Assembly: GCA_021789435.1 (NCBI GenBank) | Contig: JAJYJO010000002.1 | Coordinates: 3,713-67,712 of the forward strand | Direction: 5' to 3' | Length of the DNA: 64,000 nucleotides | Source of the DNA: Chloroflexota bacterium | GTDB taxonomy: Bacteria; Chloroflexota; Limnocylindria; Limnocylindrales; CSP1-4 | Shown: positions 34,455-50,070 of the stretch, one piece after another | How positions within the stretch are numbered: position 1 is the stretch's first letter | How the letters are laid out: every line of letters starts with the position of its first letter | The notes under the pieces: model-generated | Database searches by the model: none | The model's input: the letters and a program-made list of their open reading frames with translations, nothing else | What the model was told of the DNA's origin: nothing | Made by a program: the position numbers and the translations under genes

Positions 34455-35452
34455 CAGACCGCCTGGACCAGCGACTTCTTGAAGAAGTCGAAGTGCTCGA
34501 GGGCCAGGCCGGTGCCGAGGGCCACGCAGTCGAGCGCGTTCTCCGCCACGTGGCAGGGCACACCGGTCACCTGGGTGAGCAGCTTGTCCACGTTCCGCAG
34601 CAGGGAGCCGCCGCCGGCCATCACCATCCCCTTGTCGATGATGTCCGAGGAGAGCTCGGGCGGCGTCTGCTCCAGGACGCCCCGCACGGCGGCGACCAGC
34701 TGCTGAAGCGGCGCCTCGATCGCCTCCATCACCTCCGAGCTGGTGATCGGGATCGTCCGCGGCAGGCCGGCGATCAGGTCGCGCCCGCGGACCTCCATGG
34801 TCAGCTCGCGCTCCAGCGGCAGGGCGGTCCCGATGTTGATCTTGACCTCTTCGGCCGTCCGGTCGCCGATCATCAGGTTGTACTTCTTGCGGACGTAGGT
34901 GGCGATCGCGTCGTCGAAGCGGTTGCCGCCGACGCGGAGGCTGGTGGAGACGACGATCCCTCCCAGGGCGATGACCGCCATCTCGCTCGTCCCGCCGCCG
35001 ATGTCGATGATCATGTTGCCGGACGGCCCGCTGATCGGGACGTTGGCCCCGATGGCCGCCGCCAGGGGCTCCTCGATCAGGTACGCCTCGCGCGCGCCGG
35101 CCTTGAGGGCGGCGTCGCGGACGGCCCGCTTCTCCACGCTGGTCACGCCGGCCGGGACGCTGATCATCACCTCCGGCTTGGTGAAGCCGATGCGGCCTTT
35201 CGTCGCCTTGGCGATGAAGAAGTGCAGCATCGCCTCGGTGATGACGTAGTCGGCGATCACGCCGTCCTTCATGGGCCGGATCGCCTGGATGTTGCCGGGG
35301 GTGCGCCCGATCATCTCGCGCGCTTCCTCGCCGACCGCCACGATCCGGTTGTCGTCGCCGACCGCCACGACCGAGGGTTCGTGGATGACGATGCCCTTGC
35401 CCTTGACGTAGACGATGACGTTGGCAGTCCCGAGGTCGATGCCGATCTTCAT
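34454..35452 (-). CDS. mreB: Rod-shape-determining actin homolog MreB
   Basis: '[14 protein letters not shown]', 'DGVIADY', '[10 protein letters not shown]', '[14 protein letters not shown]' actin-fold motifs; 332 aa. Confidence 0.9.
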   Translation of the reverse strand: MKIGIDLGTANVIVYVKGKGIVIHEPSVVAVGDDNRIVAVGEEAREMIGRTPGNIQAIRPMKDGVIADYVITEAMLHFFIAKATKGRIGFTKPEVMISVPAGVTSVEKRAVRDAALKAGAREAYLIEEPLAAAIGANVPISGPSGNMIIDIGGGTSEMAVIALGGIVVSTSLRVGGNRFDDAIATYVRKKYNLMIGDRTAEEVKINIGTALPLERELTMEVRGRDLIAGLPRTIPITSSEVMEAIEAPLQQLVAAVRGVLEQTPPELSSDIIDKGMVMAGGGSLLRNVDKLLTQVTGVPCHVAENALDCVALGTGLALEHFDFFKKSLVQAV

Positions 35453-36804
35453 GCCCTGGCCGCTGTCTCCCGTTCCGCGAGTCGCTCGATCCTGGCGCCC
35501 AGGTCGAGGAACTTGCCGTCGATGTTCTCATAGCCCCGATGGACGTGGTGGGCCCCGTGGATCGTCGTGGTGCCCTCGGCGGCCAGCGCCGCCAGGATCA
35601 GCGAGGCGCCGGCCCGCAGGTCGCCGATCTCCACCTCGGTCCCGCGGAGGCGGGCCGGGCCGTCGATCAGGGCGTGGTGGCGGTCGGGCACCTCCACCCG
35701 GGCGCCCATCCGGCCGAGCTCGCCGAGCCACTCGAGGCGGTCCTCGAAGATCGTCTCGTGGACCCGGCTCCTGCCCTCCGCCTGGCTGAGGAGGACGCAG
35801 GTCGGCGGCTGGAGGTCCGTGGCCAGGCCCGGGTAGGGCGCCGTGGCGATGTCGCACGCCCGCAGGCTGCCGGGCTCGGCGCCGGAGGCGTCCACCTCGA
35901 TGGTGTCGCGGCCGCAGGCGACGTTGAGGCCCATGGCGGATGTCGCCTCCAGGAAGGCACCGAGATGGCCGCAGGGGGCCCCTTCCAGGGTGACCCGGCC
36001 GCCGGTCACCGCGGCCGCCACGACGAACGTGCCGGCCTCGATCCGGTCGGGGATGATCCGGTGCTCCGCGCCGCGCAGGCGACGCCGGCCCTCGACCTCG
36101 ATGGTGTCGGGGGCGGTCCGCTCAACCTCGGCGCCCATCTTCTGGAGGAAGGCGATCAGGTCGTCCACCTCCGGCTCCCGGGCGGCCGGCCGGATCACGG
36201 TGTGGCCGTCGGCCAGGGTGGCCGCCAGCATGGCGTTCTCGGTGCCCATCACCGAGACGAACGGGAAGCGGACCTCGCCGCCGCGCAGCCGGCCCGGCGC
36301 CCGGGCGAAGTAGTAGCCGTCGCGGTACTCGATCTCGGCGCCCAGGGCCCGCATGGCGTCGACGTGGAGGTTCACCGGCCGGCGGCCGATCCGGTCGCCG
36401 CCCGGGTTGCTGATGATGACCCGCCCGAAGCGGCTCAGGAGCGGCCCCAGCAGGATGAAGCTGGCCCGCATCTTGGCGGCCGCCTCCAGCGGGACGAAGA
36501 GCCACTCGACGTCGCCGGAGGCCACCTCGTAGACGTTGGGCGCGGGGTGGTCCACCACCACGCCCAGGTCACGCAGGACGTCCGCCAGGACGCGCACGTC
36601 CTCGATCTCCGGGACGTTGGTCAGGCGACAGCGCTCGCCGGTCAGCGTCGCCGCGGCCAGCATCTTGAGGGCCGCGTTCTTCGCCCCGCTGATGGGCACG
36701 GAGCCGCGGAGGACGCGGCCGCCCTCCACCCGGAAGACCTCGCGGTCCACCGGGTCCGGGCGGTACTCCCACTGGAACGGGCGCGCGTCCGCCACGCGGA
36801 TCAC
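35449..36804 (-). CDS. murA: UDP-N-acetylglucosamine 1-carboxyvinyltransferase
   Basis: EPSP-synthase fold motifs '[17 protein letters not shown]', '[11 protein letters not shown]'; 451 aa; ATGA overlaps with atpC upstream and mreB downstream. Confidence 0.9.
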   Translation of the reverse strand: MIRVADARPFQWEYRPDPVDREVFRVEGGRVLRGSVPISGAKNAALKMLAAATLTGERCRLTNVPEIEDVRVLADVLRDLGVVVDHPAPNVYEVASGDVEWLFVPLEAAAKMRASFILLGPLLSRFGRVIISNPGGDRIGRRPVNLHVDAMRALGAEIEYRDGYYFARAPGRLRGGEVRFPFVSVMGTENAMLAATLADGHTVIRPAAREPEVDDLIAFLQKMGAEVERTAPDTIEVEGRRRLRGAEHRIIPDRIEAGTFVVAAAVTGGRVTLEGAPCGHLGAFLEATSAMGLNVACGRDTIEVDASGAEPGSLRACDIATAPYPGLATDLQPPTCVLLSQAEGRSRVHETIFEDRLEWLGELGRMGARVEVPDRHHALIDGPARLRGTEVEIGDLRAGASLILAALAAEGTTTIHGAHHVHRGYENIDGKFLDLGARIERLAERETAARA

Positions 36805-37235
36805 CCGCCGCCGTGGCGCCGCGGGCCTTCGCGGTGGTGCCGTTCGGCGATCCGGATCCGCAGGAGAGCGTGCTGCAGGGCGGCCCTGGCCTGGACCAGG
36901 TCGGCCGGCTCCACGAAGCCCGCCTCGAGCGCTCGCTCCGCCTCCTGCCGCGCGTGGCGGGCCCGCTCGAGGTCGATGTCGGCCGCGAAGTCGGCCGTCT
37001 CGGCCATCACGATCACCTTGTCCGGTCGGACCTGCAGGAAGCCGCCGTAGATGGCGAACGACTCCTGCTGGCCGGCCCGCTTGATGCGCAGCTCGCCGAG
37101 GCCGAGCAGGGAGATGAGCGGAACGTGGTGGGGCAGGATGCCGAGCTGACCCTCGCTGCCGGGCACCACGACCTCGTCGACCTCGCCGCGGTAGGCGAGA
37201 CGCTCCGGGGTGACGATCTCGAGCAGGAGGGGCAT
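36801..37235 (-). CDS. atpC: F1 ATP synthase epsilon subunit
   Basis: 'LEIVTPERLAYRGEVDEVVVPGSEGQLGILPHHVPL' typical epsilon N-terminal beta-sandwich. Confidence 0.85.
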   Translation of the reverse strand: MPLLLEIVTPERLAYRGEVDEVVVPGSEGQLGILPHHVPLISLLGLGELRIKRAGQQESFAIYGGFLQVRPDKVIVMAETADFAADIDLERARHARQEAERALEAGFVEPADLVQARAALQHALLRIRIAERHHREGPRRHGGG

Positions 37236-37248
37236 CAGGTCGTCCCCG

Positions 37249-41096
<3,848 letters not shown>

Positions 41097-41156
41097 CGGT
41101 TCTCCTCGGGCGCGCGCCCGGTGCTGCGCCGGCCAGAGCCGGCGAAGGTGGGGCTG

Positions 41157-41702
41157 TCAGCGCGCCCCGAGCACGAGTCGGTCGCGGAGCCGCTCCAGCC
41201 GGCCCCGCACGCTGGCGTCGATGAGGCGGTCGCCGACCCGGACGGTCAGGCCGCCGATCAGGCTCGGGTCCACCGCGGTGGCTAGCCGGACGGTCCGGCC
41301 GGCCAGGGCCTCCACCCGGGCCTGGACCGCCTCGGTCTCGGCCCGGTCCAGGGGCCGGGCGCTGGTGAGAGTGGCGCCCACGATGCCGCGGGAGGCATCG
41401 AGCAGGCGCCGGTACTCTGCCGCGACGGCGGGCAGGATCGACAGCCGGCCCCGCACCACGAGCACGAGCACGAGGTTCCGGACGTGGACCGTGACCCGGT
41501 CGCCCAGCAGCCGCTCCACGATCCGGCGGCGACTCCCGAGGTCCAGGGCCGGGTCATCGGCGACCTGCTGAACCGACGGATCCGCCGCCAGCCCGGCAGC
41601 CAGCTCCAGCCCGCTCGACCAGTCGTCGAACGAGCCGTCGCGCTCCGCCAGCTGGAAGGCGGCTTCAGCGTAGCGCCGGGCGGCGCCGGTGGGCCGGGCC
41701 AT
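41157..41702 (-). CDS. atpH: F1 ATP synthase delta (OSCP) subunit
   Basis: OSCP-like 181 aa between atpF and atpA. Confidence 0.8.
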   Translation of the reverse strand: MARPTGAARRYAEAAFQLAERDGSFDDWSSGLELAAGLAADPSVQQVADDPALDLGSRRRIVERLLGDRVTVHVRNLVLVLVVRGRLSILPAVAAEYRRLLDASRGIVGATLTSARPLDRAETEAVQARVEALAGRTVRLATAVDPSLIGGLTVRVGDRLIDASVRGRLERLRDRLVLGAR

Positions 41703-42205
41703 CAGCCGAGCGACTCCTCGGCGTCGGGCGCGCGCAGGAACTCCTGGACGAGCCGGCGTTGGCGCTCGTCGCTCATCGACTCGCCGACGACCTTGCCGGC
41801 CGCCGCGAGGGCGAGGTCGGCGACCTCGGCCCGCAGGTCGGCGATCGCCCGCTGCTTCTCCGATTCGATCTCGGCGGCCGCCCGCTCCCGGAGACGCTCC
41901 AGCTCCTGGCGCGTGGCCGCCAGGTCGGCCTGGCGCAGGTCCTCGGCCGCCTTCTGGGCGCGGGCCAGGATGTCGGCCGCCTCCCGGCGGGCTTCGCCGA
42001 GCGCGGCCGCGCGCTCCTGCCCCGCCAGCTCGCGCTCACGCCGGGCGTTCTCCGCGTCGCGCAGGCCGGCCTCGATCCGCTGCCGTCGCTCGTCCAGCAC
42101 CCGGATGATCGGCCGGAACGCCAGCCGGTTGAGCAGGTAGAGGACGATGAGGAAGTTGACCAGCTGCGCCAGCAGCTCGATCGGGTTGATGCCGAGGGCG
42201 CCCAT
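41702..42205 (-). CDS. atpF: Fo ATP synthase b subunit
   Basis: N-terminal TM plus long charged coiled coil. Confidence 0.8.
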   Translation of the reverse strand: MGALGINPIELLAQLVNFLIVLYLLNRLAFRPIIRVLDERRQRIEAGLRDAENARRERELAGQERAAALGEARREAADILARAQKAAEDLRQADLAATRQELERLRERAAAEIESEKQRAIADLRAEVADLALAAAGKVVGESMSDERQRRLVQEFLRAPDAEESLG

Positions 42206-42224
42206 CGGTTCGGGCTTCCGCTCC

Positions 42225-42503
<279 letters not shown>

Positions 42504-42522
42504 TCAGGGACAGTCGGGACGG

Positions 42523-43335
42523 TCAGCTCGGGATGGCGACCTCCGCGGGTCCGCCATCGTCCAGGCCGGAGGTGGGCGCTGCGCTCTCGGCATGGCCCGA
42601 GCCGTGCTCCATGACGGCGAGCGCGATGTAGGTCATCGAGAGCAGGGTGAAGACGGCGGCCTGGATCAGCCCGAAGAGGACTTCCAGGATGATGAAGAAG
42701 GCCGGCACCAGGAACGCTGCCGGGCCCAGGCTCAGGAAGATGATCTGGATCACCTCCCCGGCGAAGATGTTGCCGAAGAGCCGGATGCTCAGGCTGACGG
42801 TCCGGAAGAGGTTGCCGATCAGCTCCAGCAGGGCGATGAACGGGTCGAGCACCGAGCCGTAGAGGAAGGTCCTGGCGTAGCCCACCGGCCCGTGCACGAC
42901 GATGCCGAAGCCGAAGAAGACGACCACCGAGACGATGGCCATCGCCAGGGTCGTGTTCAGGTCGGCCGTCGCCGCCCGCAGGAACGGGATCAGGACGCGG
43001 TCGCTGCCGTGCTGGACGTAGACGCCGATCGTGCCGAAGCCCGGGAGCAGGCTCATCCAGTTCGCCGTCAGGATGAACAGGAAGAGCGCGCCGATCAGCG
43101 GGAAGTAGATCACTCCGTACTTCGAGTCGGCGCCCTTGACGATGTCGAGGACGTACTCAGTCGGCCACTCCAGCAGGCCCTGCAGCCGGTTCGGCACCAG
43201 CCCGGCCCGGCGCCTGACGTAGAGCGCCAGGCCGATCAGGACGGCCATGGTCAGCCACGTCGCGATCATGCTGTTGGTGACGGGGATGGGGCCGATCTGG
43301 AAGACCGTCTCGGCCGAGATCGAAACCTCCGGCAA
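42523..43335 (-). CDS. atpB: Fo ATP synthase a subunit
   Basis: 'LSIRLFGNIFAGE' conserved Arg helix; 270 aa. Confidence 0.9.
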   Translation of the reverse strand: MPEVSISAETVFQIGPIPVTNSMIATWLTMAVLIGLALYVRRRAGLVPNRLQGLLEWPTEYVLDIVKGADSKYGVIYFPLIGALFLFILTANWMSLLPGFGTIGVYVQHGSDRVLIPFLRAATADLNTTLAMAIVSVVVFFGFGIVVHGPVGYARTFLYGSVLDPFIALLELIGNLFRTVSLSIRLFGNIFAGEVIQIIFLSLGPAAFLVPAFFIILEVLFGLIQAAVFTLLSMTYIALAVMEHGSGHAESAAPTSGLDDGGPAEVAIPS

Positions 43336-43354
43336 CCCTCACCTCTCGCGGTCG

Positions 43355-43594
43355 TCAGGTTGTGCGCGTCGCGTCGTACAACTCGTAGAAAGCGATGATC
43401 GTCCCCAGGACCGCCCCGCCGATCAGGAGCCAGGGCGAGGTCCGGAAGTTCTCGTCGAGGAACGCCCCTCCCCCGATGGCCACGATCATCGGCAGGGCTA
43501 TCCTGAAGCCGAGGTTGGCCACCAGGGCCAACGCTCGCAGGTTCTGGTTGTCGCGCTCCGGGTCGGGCGAACCGGAGCCGGTGGGTTCAGCCAC
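43355..43594 (-). CDS. AtpZ/AtpI-family small membrane protein (ATP synthase protein I-like)
   Basis: 'GGGAFLDENFRTSPWLLIGGAVLGTIIAFYELY' matches the ATPase_gene1 (D-x-x-F-x-T-S-P-W) motif. Confidence 0.5.
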   Translation of the reverse strand: MAEPTGSGSPDPERDNQNLRALALVANLGFRIALPMIVAIGGGAFLDENFRTSPWLLIGGAVLGTIIAFYELYDATRTT

Positions 43595-43805
43595 CGCTCC
43601 GGCGCCGTTCGCGCAGGTACAGCCGGCGGACTCCGGCCCAGCCGATCACGTTCCCGGCCGCCAGCAGCAGAATCAGAGCCAGCGGTGACGTTCCGAGCAG
43701 CCGATCGATCACGAGGCCGAGGATCGACAGGCCGAGGATCGGCACCGCCAGGATGATGCCAACCTGCAGGACGATACCTATCACGCCGGGCTGTGCAGCG
43801 TCCAT
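43587..43805 (-). CDS. Second AtpZ/AtpI-family small membrane protein
   Basis: 'GLVIDRLLGTSPLALILLLAAGNVIGWAGVRRLY' has the same family motif; tandem paralog. Confidence 0.45.
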   Translation of the reverse strand: MDAAQPGVIGIVLQVGIILAVPILGLSILGLVIDRLLGTSPLALILLLAAGNVIGWAGVRRLYLRERRRSGG

Positions 43806-44557
43806 CAGGCAAAACCCGGCGGAGTATAGCAGGTGGCCCCGGCCCGCAGGATCGGGTCGACCGGTGCGTCCTGTCCGCTGCCCTGTCCGCCGGCCTGCCC
43901 GCCCTCCGGTCCCGGGCCGGTGCCGGTGGAGCCGGCGGCGCGCACGGCCGTCGAGGTGGCTGTGGGGGCGGGCGTGGCACTCGCCGCCGGTGTCGGCGTG
44001 GGACCCGGCGTCGCGGAGGGAGCCTCGCTCGGGCTCGCTCCGGCCGTCGGCGTCGGGGTGGACGTCGGCGTGGGCGACCGGCTGACGGTCGGCCGCGCGG
44101 TCCCCGACGGTCCCGGGGTCGCGCTCCGGCCCGGCGGCCGCGTGGTTGCCGGGCCGGTCTTGGGCGCCGGCGTGGTCCGTTCCGCCGGGGCGGCCGTCGC
44201 CGGGGCGGCCGCCGCCGAGACGCTCCCGCGCGCTCCCGTTGGGAGCACGGTGCCGGAGGCGGACGGCGGGACGGAGGCGCCCGCCGCAGCCGCGCTCGCC
44301 GCGGACGGCGGGACGGGCGCCCCCTGCGTCCCGAGCACCGCACCCTGGGGCGGGCTGGCGGGCGGCGCAAAGGCCAGCGCGAGCACGAAGAACAGGCTCC
44401 CGACGAAGAGGACCGCGGCCGTGTCCCGCCAGAGTCTCTGTCGCCGGTCGACCGCCCCGTCGATCGGCGGCCCGACCCGCCGCGCACGCACCGCGGTCGG
44501 CGGGACGGGCAGCGAACCCGACCCGACCCGGATCCCGGGCAGCGCCGGATGCACCAT
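43805..44557 (-). CDS. Pro/Thr/Ala-rich low-complexity membrane-anchored protein (hypothetical); start uncertain
   Basis: One TM segment 'AAVLFVGSLFFVLALAF' followed by a ~180-aa PTSA-rich mucin-like region. An in-frame ORF without ATG/GTG start extends further upstream and contains a second TM segment. Confidence 0.35.
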   Translation of the reverse strand: MVHPALPGIRVGSGSLPVPPTAVRARRVGPPIDGAVDRRQRLWRDTAAVLFVGSLFFVLALAFAPPASPPQGAVLGTQGAPVPPSAASAAAAGASVPPSASGTVLPTGARGSVSAAAAPATAAPAERTTPAPKTGPATTRPPGRSATPGPSGTARPTVSRSPTPTSTPTPTAGASPSEAPSATPGPTPTPAASATPAPTATSTAVRAAGSTGTGPGPEGGQAGGQGSGQDAPVDPILRAGATCYTPPGFA

Positions 44558-44824
44558 GGGCGGTCGCGGTGCGCCGTGGGGAGCGAGCGTCGCAAGGCGG
44601 GCAGCCAGGCGCGCCTGGCTGCGGCGCTCCTCCGCCAGGCGGGACGCCCGCCGCCGGCGACGGACCAGCAGCAGGATCGCGGCCGCCAGCAGGCCCCCCA
44701 GCGCGATCGCGACGATCAGGGCGACGAGCGGCTCGATCGGAGCGCCTCCCTCACCTTCCGGCGGGCGTCGCCGGCTCCTCCTGCGGGCGATGCTAGCACG
44801 CGCATGCCGGGACGCTCCCGGACG

Positions 44825-46036
44825 TCAGCCCGGACGGCTGGGGGGGCGGGCTCCGGTCGGCTCGTTCGGGGCGTGGTCGGAGGCGTGGTCGGGGGCGTGG
44901 TCGGGGGCGTCGGACGCCGCCGCGTCGGCGGGCGACTGGTAGGCCTCCGCCTCCAGGTCGTCCGCCGCCAGCCCCCGCCGAGTCAGGAGCAGGAGCACCA
45001 CGCCGAAGGCGACGGCGATGCCGAGGAACGCATAGACCTGGCCGCGACCGGAGAGGAAGAACGAGAGCACGGCCAGGACCAGGCAGAGGCCGTAGATCAG
45101 GAGGACCGTCTGGGTCTGGGACAGCCCCAGGTCCAGCAGGCGGTGGTGGATGTGGCCCAGGTCCGGTGCGAACGGCGATCGGCCGGCCAGCAGGCGCCGG
45201 ACGATGATCCAGAACGTGTCGATGATCGGCACCCCCAGCACCAGAAGCGCCACCGCGACCTTGGCCGTGCCCAGGATCGACAGGACGGCCAGGGTGTAGC
45301 CGAGGAACATCACCCCGCTCGTCCCGGCGAAGATCACGGCGGGGTGGAAGTTCCAGCGCAGGAAGCCGAGCAGGGCGCCGCCCAGGGCGAAGCAGAAGAG
45401 GGCCACGAACGGCTGGCCCACCTCGGCCGTGAGGCTGATGATCCCCAGCGTCAGGGCGGCGATCAGGCCGATCCCGGCCGAGAGCCCGTCCAGGCCGTCG
45501 ATGAAGTTGATGCTGTTGATCATGCCGACGATCCAGAAGACGGTGAAGAGGAGTGCCGGCAGGCCCTCCAGCTGGATCGAGCCCGAGCCGAGCGGGCTGG
45601 TCAGCGTGGTGATCGTGAGGCCCATGACGATCGCGAAGCCGGCCAGGACGAGCTGGGTCAAAAGCTGCCAGCGGGCCCGGATCTGGAAGTAGTCATCCAG
45701 CGTGCCCAGGGCGACGGCGAGGGCCCCGCCGCCCAGCAGCCCCACCAGCTGCCCGCCGCCAATGATCGCCGGCCGCGGGACGATGGCCGGGTCGGCCAGC
45801 GCGTTGACGACGAGCAGGCCCAGGGCGACCGGCAGGAACGCGCCCGCGACGGCCACGCCGCCGCCGCGGGCGATCGGGCGGGTGTTGACGCGACGCTCGT
45901 CGGGGCGATCCACCATCCGGATCCCGATGGCGAACCGGCGGAAGGCCGGCGTCAGGAATCGGGCCAGCAGCGCCGCCACCACGAAGGCCGCCGCCAGCAG
46001 CGGCAGGGCGGCGCCGGCCTCCGGGGCGAATCTCAT
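44825..46036 (-). CDS. wecA: Polyprenyl-phosphate N-acetylhexosamine-1-phosphate transferase (WecA/TagO/MraY family)
   Basis: 'GTLDDYFQIRARWQL', 'NSINFIDGLDGLSAG', 'GHIHHRLL' are MraY/WecA signatures. Its position upstream of the atp operon is conserved in Actinobacteria and Firmicutes. Confidence 0.8.
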   Translation of the reverse strand: MRFAPEAGAALPLLAAAFVVAALLARFLTPAFRRFAIGIRMVDRPDERRVNTRPIARGGGVAVAGAFLPVALGLLVVNALADPAIVPRPAIIGGGQLVGLLGGGALAVALGTLDDYFQIRARWQLLTQLVLAGFAIVMGLTITTLTSPLGSGSIQLEGLPALLFTVFWIVGMINSINFIDGLDGLSAGIGLIAALTLGIISLTAEVGQPFVALFCFALGGALLGFLRWNFHPAVIFAGTSGVMFLGYTLAVLSILGTAKVAVALLVLGVPIIDTFWIIVRRLLAGRSPFAPDLGHIHHRLLDLGLSQTQTVLLIYGLCLVLAVLSFFLSGRGQVYAFLGIAVAFGVVLLLLTRRGLAADDLEAEAYQSPADAAASDAPDHAPDHASDHAPNEPTGARPPSRPG

Positions 46037-46121
46037 CCCCGCGGACCCGCTCCCCGGCGACCCGGCCGCAGCGGCGACGGGCCGCCGGCCCGCGGTGCCC
46101 CGCCGACGGCGCGGGGCCGGC

Positions 46122-47402
<1,281 letters not shown>

Positions 47403-47544
47403 TCCACGTCTCCTTCCCGGCGAGCGACGCCCGGCCTGCTCCGAGGGCAGCCGCGCCGGACGCCGCGCGGCTGCGGACCTCGTGCGCGCTCCGGCCTATT
47501 GTCGCCCAAGCCTCGCCGGTCGCGCAGCCCGGCCGCCGCCCCTC

Positions 47545-48213
47545 TCATCGGGGACCCAGGTCGTGCTGCAGGCCGGCTCCGTCCAGCAGGGCCGCAAGGC
47601 GTGCCGCGGGGACGGCGCCGGCCCGTAGCAGTCGGGGCCGATCGCCGCTGCAATCGACGACGCTGGAAGGGATCCCGCCGCGAGCGGGGCCGCCGTCCAG
47701 GACCAGCCGGATCCGGTCGCCCAGCTGCGCGAGGACGCCGGCGGCGTCCCGCGCGTCCGGGGCTCCCGAGCGGTTCGCGGAGGTGGTGGGCAGCGGGCCG
47801 ACCTCGCGCGCCAGCGCCCTCGGCGCCGGGTGGTCGGGCAGCCGGACGCCGATCGTGGCCAGCCCACCGGTCAGAGCCGCCGGCAGGCCCGAATCCGGTC
47901 GCTGTCGCAGCACGAGCGTCAGGCCGCCTGGCCAGAGCGCCTCGGCCAGGAGGCGGGCCGGCGGGGAGACCTCCGCGATCCCCGCAACCTGGGCCAGGTC
48001 GTCCACCAGGAGCACGATCGCGCGATCCAGCGGCCGGTCCTTGGCCGCGAAGAGGCGCGCCAGCCCGTCCCGAGCGTCGAGCGCCACGGCGATCCCGTAG
48101 ACCGTGTCGGTCGGCAGGGCCACCAGGCCCCCCGCCCGGAGCACCACGACCGCCTCCGCCCGGGCCCCGGGCCCATCGGGGATCCGCCGGGCCGTCACCG
48201 CCGGCTCACCCAT
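47545..48213 (-). CDS. tsaC: L-threonylcarbamoyladenylate synthase (YrdC/Sua5/TsaC family)
   Basis: 'ALPTDTVYGIAV', 'AKDRPLDRAIVLL', 'TSANRSG' YrdC-domain motifs. Confidence 0.8.
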   Translation of the reverse strand: MGEPAVTARRIPDGPGARAEAVVVLRAGGLVALPTDTVYGIAVALDARDGLARLFAAKDRPLDRAIVLLVDDLAQVAGIAEVSPPARLLAEALWPGGLTLVLRQRPDSGLPAALTGGLATIGVRLPDHPAPRALAREVGPLPTTSANRSGAPDARDAAGVLAQLGDRIRLVLDGGPARGGIPSSVVDCSGDRPRLLRAGAVPAARLAALLDGAGLQHDLGPR

Positions 48214-48220
48214 CGCCCGC

Positions 48221-49162
48221 TCACGTTTCGCCTGCGCCCCGCGCGGGACGCGCGCGCCGCACCTGCGGCTCCGGCGCCGGGCCGGACGCCGCGGGATCCT
48301 CGGGAACCGGCCGGCGGCGACCGGAGATCGCGCGGCCGAGGACCAGTTCCTCGATCATCCGGGCCGCCCCCTCCTCCGCCAGGGGGGGCGCGACGTAGCG
48401 AGCGATCGACAGGACCTCCGCCGGCGCGCTCGGCATGGCGACGCCGTGGCCGACCTCCGCGATCATCTCGAGATCGTTGTACTGGTCGCCGACCGCCATC
48501 GTCTGCTCCAGCGGCACGCCGTAGCGGCGGGCCAGCCAGCGGATGGCCCGGCCCTTCGAGACGCCGGGCGCCAGGAACTCCAGGAAGCGTGGGTGGCTGA
48601 TGACGGCCTCGGCGCGGCCGGCGAAGGCCTCCCGGGCGAGCGACGTGACCGTCACCGGACGGGGCGGGTCGGCCACGGCGACGACCTTCGTCACGGGATG
48701 CCGGATCCAGTCCACCAGGTCCGGGACGAGCAGGGCCCGGCCGCCCACGTAGCGCGCGTGGGCCGCCGCGTTCGGCTCGTCGGCCCGCAGGATCAGCCGC
48801 TCCAGGTGGTTCAGGTGCGGCTCCAGCCCCTGCTCGCGGCTCCAGGCGCAGACCTCCCGGGCGACCGCGGCCGGCAGGGGCTCGTGGTGGAGCAGGCGGC
48901 CCAGGCGCGGATCGCCGGCCGGCGGCAGCAGGCGGATCAGCGCCCCCTGGCAGGCCACGAGCGGTCCGGTCAGCCCCAGCGCGTCGGCGAAGCCGCGGGC
49001 GCTGCTGGCCATCCGGCCGGTCACCAGGGCCACCGCCACGCCGCGGGAGACCGCCTCCTCCACGGCGGCGCGGGTGCGCGCCGGTACGACGAGATCCGCC
49101 CCGACGAGGGTCCCGTCGATGTCGAGGGCGAGCAGGCGGATCGGGAGGCGCGGGGCCGTCAT
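48221..49162 (-). CDS. HAD-IIB (Cof-type) hydrolase
   Basis: 'LLALDIDGTLV' motif I, 'VTGR' motif II, 'MAVGDQYNDLEM' motif IV. Confidence 0.75.
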   Translation of the reverse strand: MTAPRLPIRLLALDIDGTLVGADLVVPARTRAAVEEAVSRGVAVALVTGRMASSARGFADALGLTGPLVACQGALIRLLPPAGDPRLGRLLHHEPLPAAVAREVCAWSREQGLEPHLNHLERLILRADEPNAAAHARYVGGRALLVPDLVDWIRHPVTKVVAVADPPRPVTVTSLAREAFAGRAEAVISHPRFLEFLAPGVSKGRAIRWLARRYGVPLEQTMAVGDQYNDLEMIAEVGHGVAMPSAPAEVLSIARYVAPPLAEEGAARMIEELVLGRAISGRRRPVPEDPAASGPAPEPQVRRARPARGAGET

Positions 49163-50055
49163 CAGGGCAGCCGTTCCAGGCGCACGACCCTCGGCCGCCC
49201 CGCCAGGTCGCGGAAGAGCTCGCTCCGCCAGCCGCCCGGCAGCGTCCCCGCCAGGCCGGCCATGGCAACGGCCTGGTCGGCACCGATCTCCAGCAGCGCC
49301 AGCCCGCCCGGCTCCAAAAGATCGGGGAGCCGGGCCAGGAGCCGGCGGATCGCGGCCAGGCCATCCTCGCCGCCGTCCAGGGCGACCCGTGGCTCGAACG
49401 AGGCCGCCACGGGCAGCCGATCCACCTCTGCCGACGGGATGTAGGGCAGGTTGGCGACGACCAGGTCAGCCCGCGCTTCCGGCGGCACGAGATCGGCCCG
49501 GGCGAAGGCGACCAGGTCGGCGACACCGTGGCCGACCGCATTCTCGCGGGCCAGGTCGAGCGCGTCGCCCGAGCAGTCGGTGGCGAGGATCGTCACGTGA
49601 CTCGCCATCCGGCGCCGCCGGAGCAGGACGGCCAGGGCAACGGCCACCGTGCCCGTGCCCGTGCCGACGTCGACGACCCGCAGCGGCGGCGAGCCCGCCG
49701 GCCGGGGCGCCGACGCCAGCCGATCCGCGATCGCGCCCTCCGCCAGCTCGACCAGCAGCTCGGTCTCCGGGCGGGGGATCAGGCCGCGCCCGTCGGTGAC
49801 GAAGACCAGCCCGTAGAACTCCTTGATGCCGCGGATGTAGGCGACCGGCTCGCCCCGCTCGCGGCGAGCGAGGCCGGCGGCGTACGTTCGGGCCGGCCCG
49901 CTGCCCACCTCCGCCTCGGGGTGGGCGATGAGGCCGGTCCGCTGGACCCCGAGGGCGTGGCCGAGCAGCAGCTCGGCGTCCAGCCGCGGGGTCTCCGAAC
50001 CCGCGGCACGCAGCCGCGCGATCCCCTCCTGCAGGAGCGTGGCGACGGACGACAT
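49162..50055 (-). CDS. prmC: Release-factor glutamine N5-methyltransferase PrmC/HemK
   Basis: 'LIPRPETELLVE', 'VVDVGTGTGTVAVAL', 'VVANLPYIP' (NPPY-type motif). Confidence 0.8.
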   Translation of the reverse strand: MSSVATLLQEGIARLRAAGSETPRLDAELLLGHALGVQRTGLIAHPEAEVGSGPARTYAAGLARRERGEPVAYIRGIKEFYGLVFVTDGRGLIPRPETELLVELAEGAIADRLASAPRPAGSPPLRVVDVGTGTGTVAVALAVLLRRRRMASHVTILATDCSGDALDLARENAVGHGVADLVAFARADLVPPEARADLVVANLPYIPSAEVDRLPVAASFEPRVALDGGEDGLAAIRRLLARLPDLLEPGGLALLEIGADQAVAMAGLAGTLPGGWRSELFRDLAGRPRVVRLERLP

Positions 50056-50070
50056 CGGGGCCGGCGGGCG

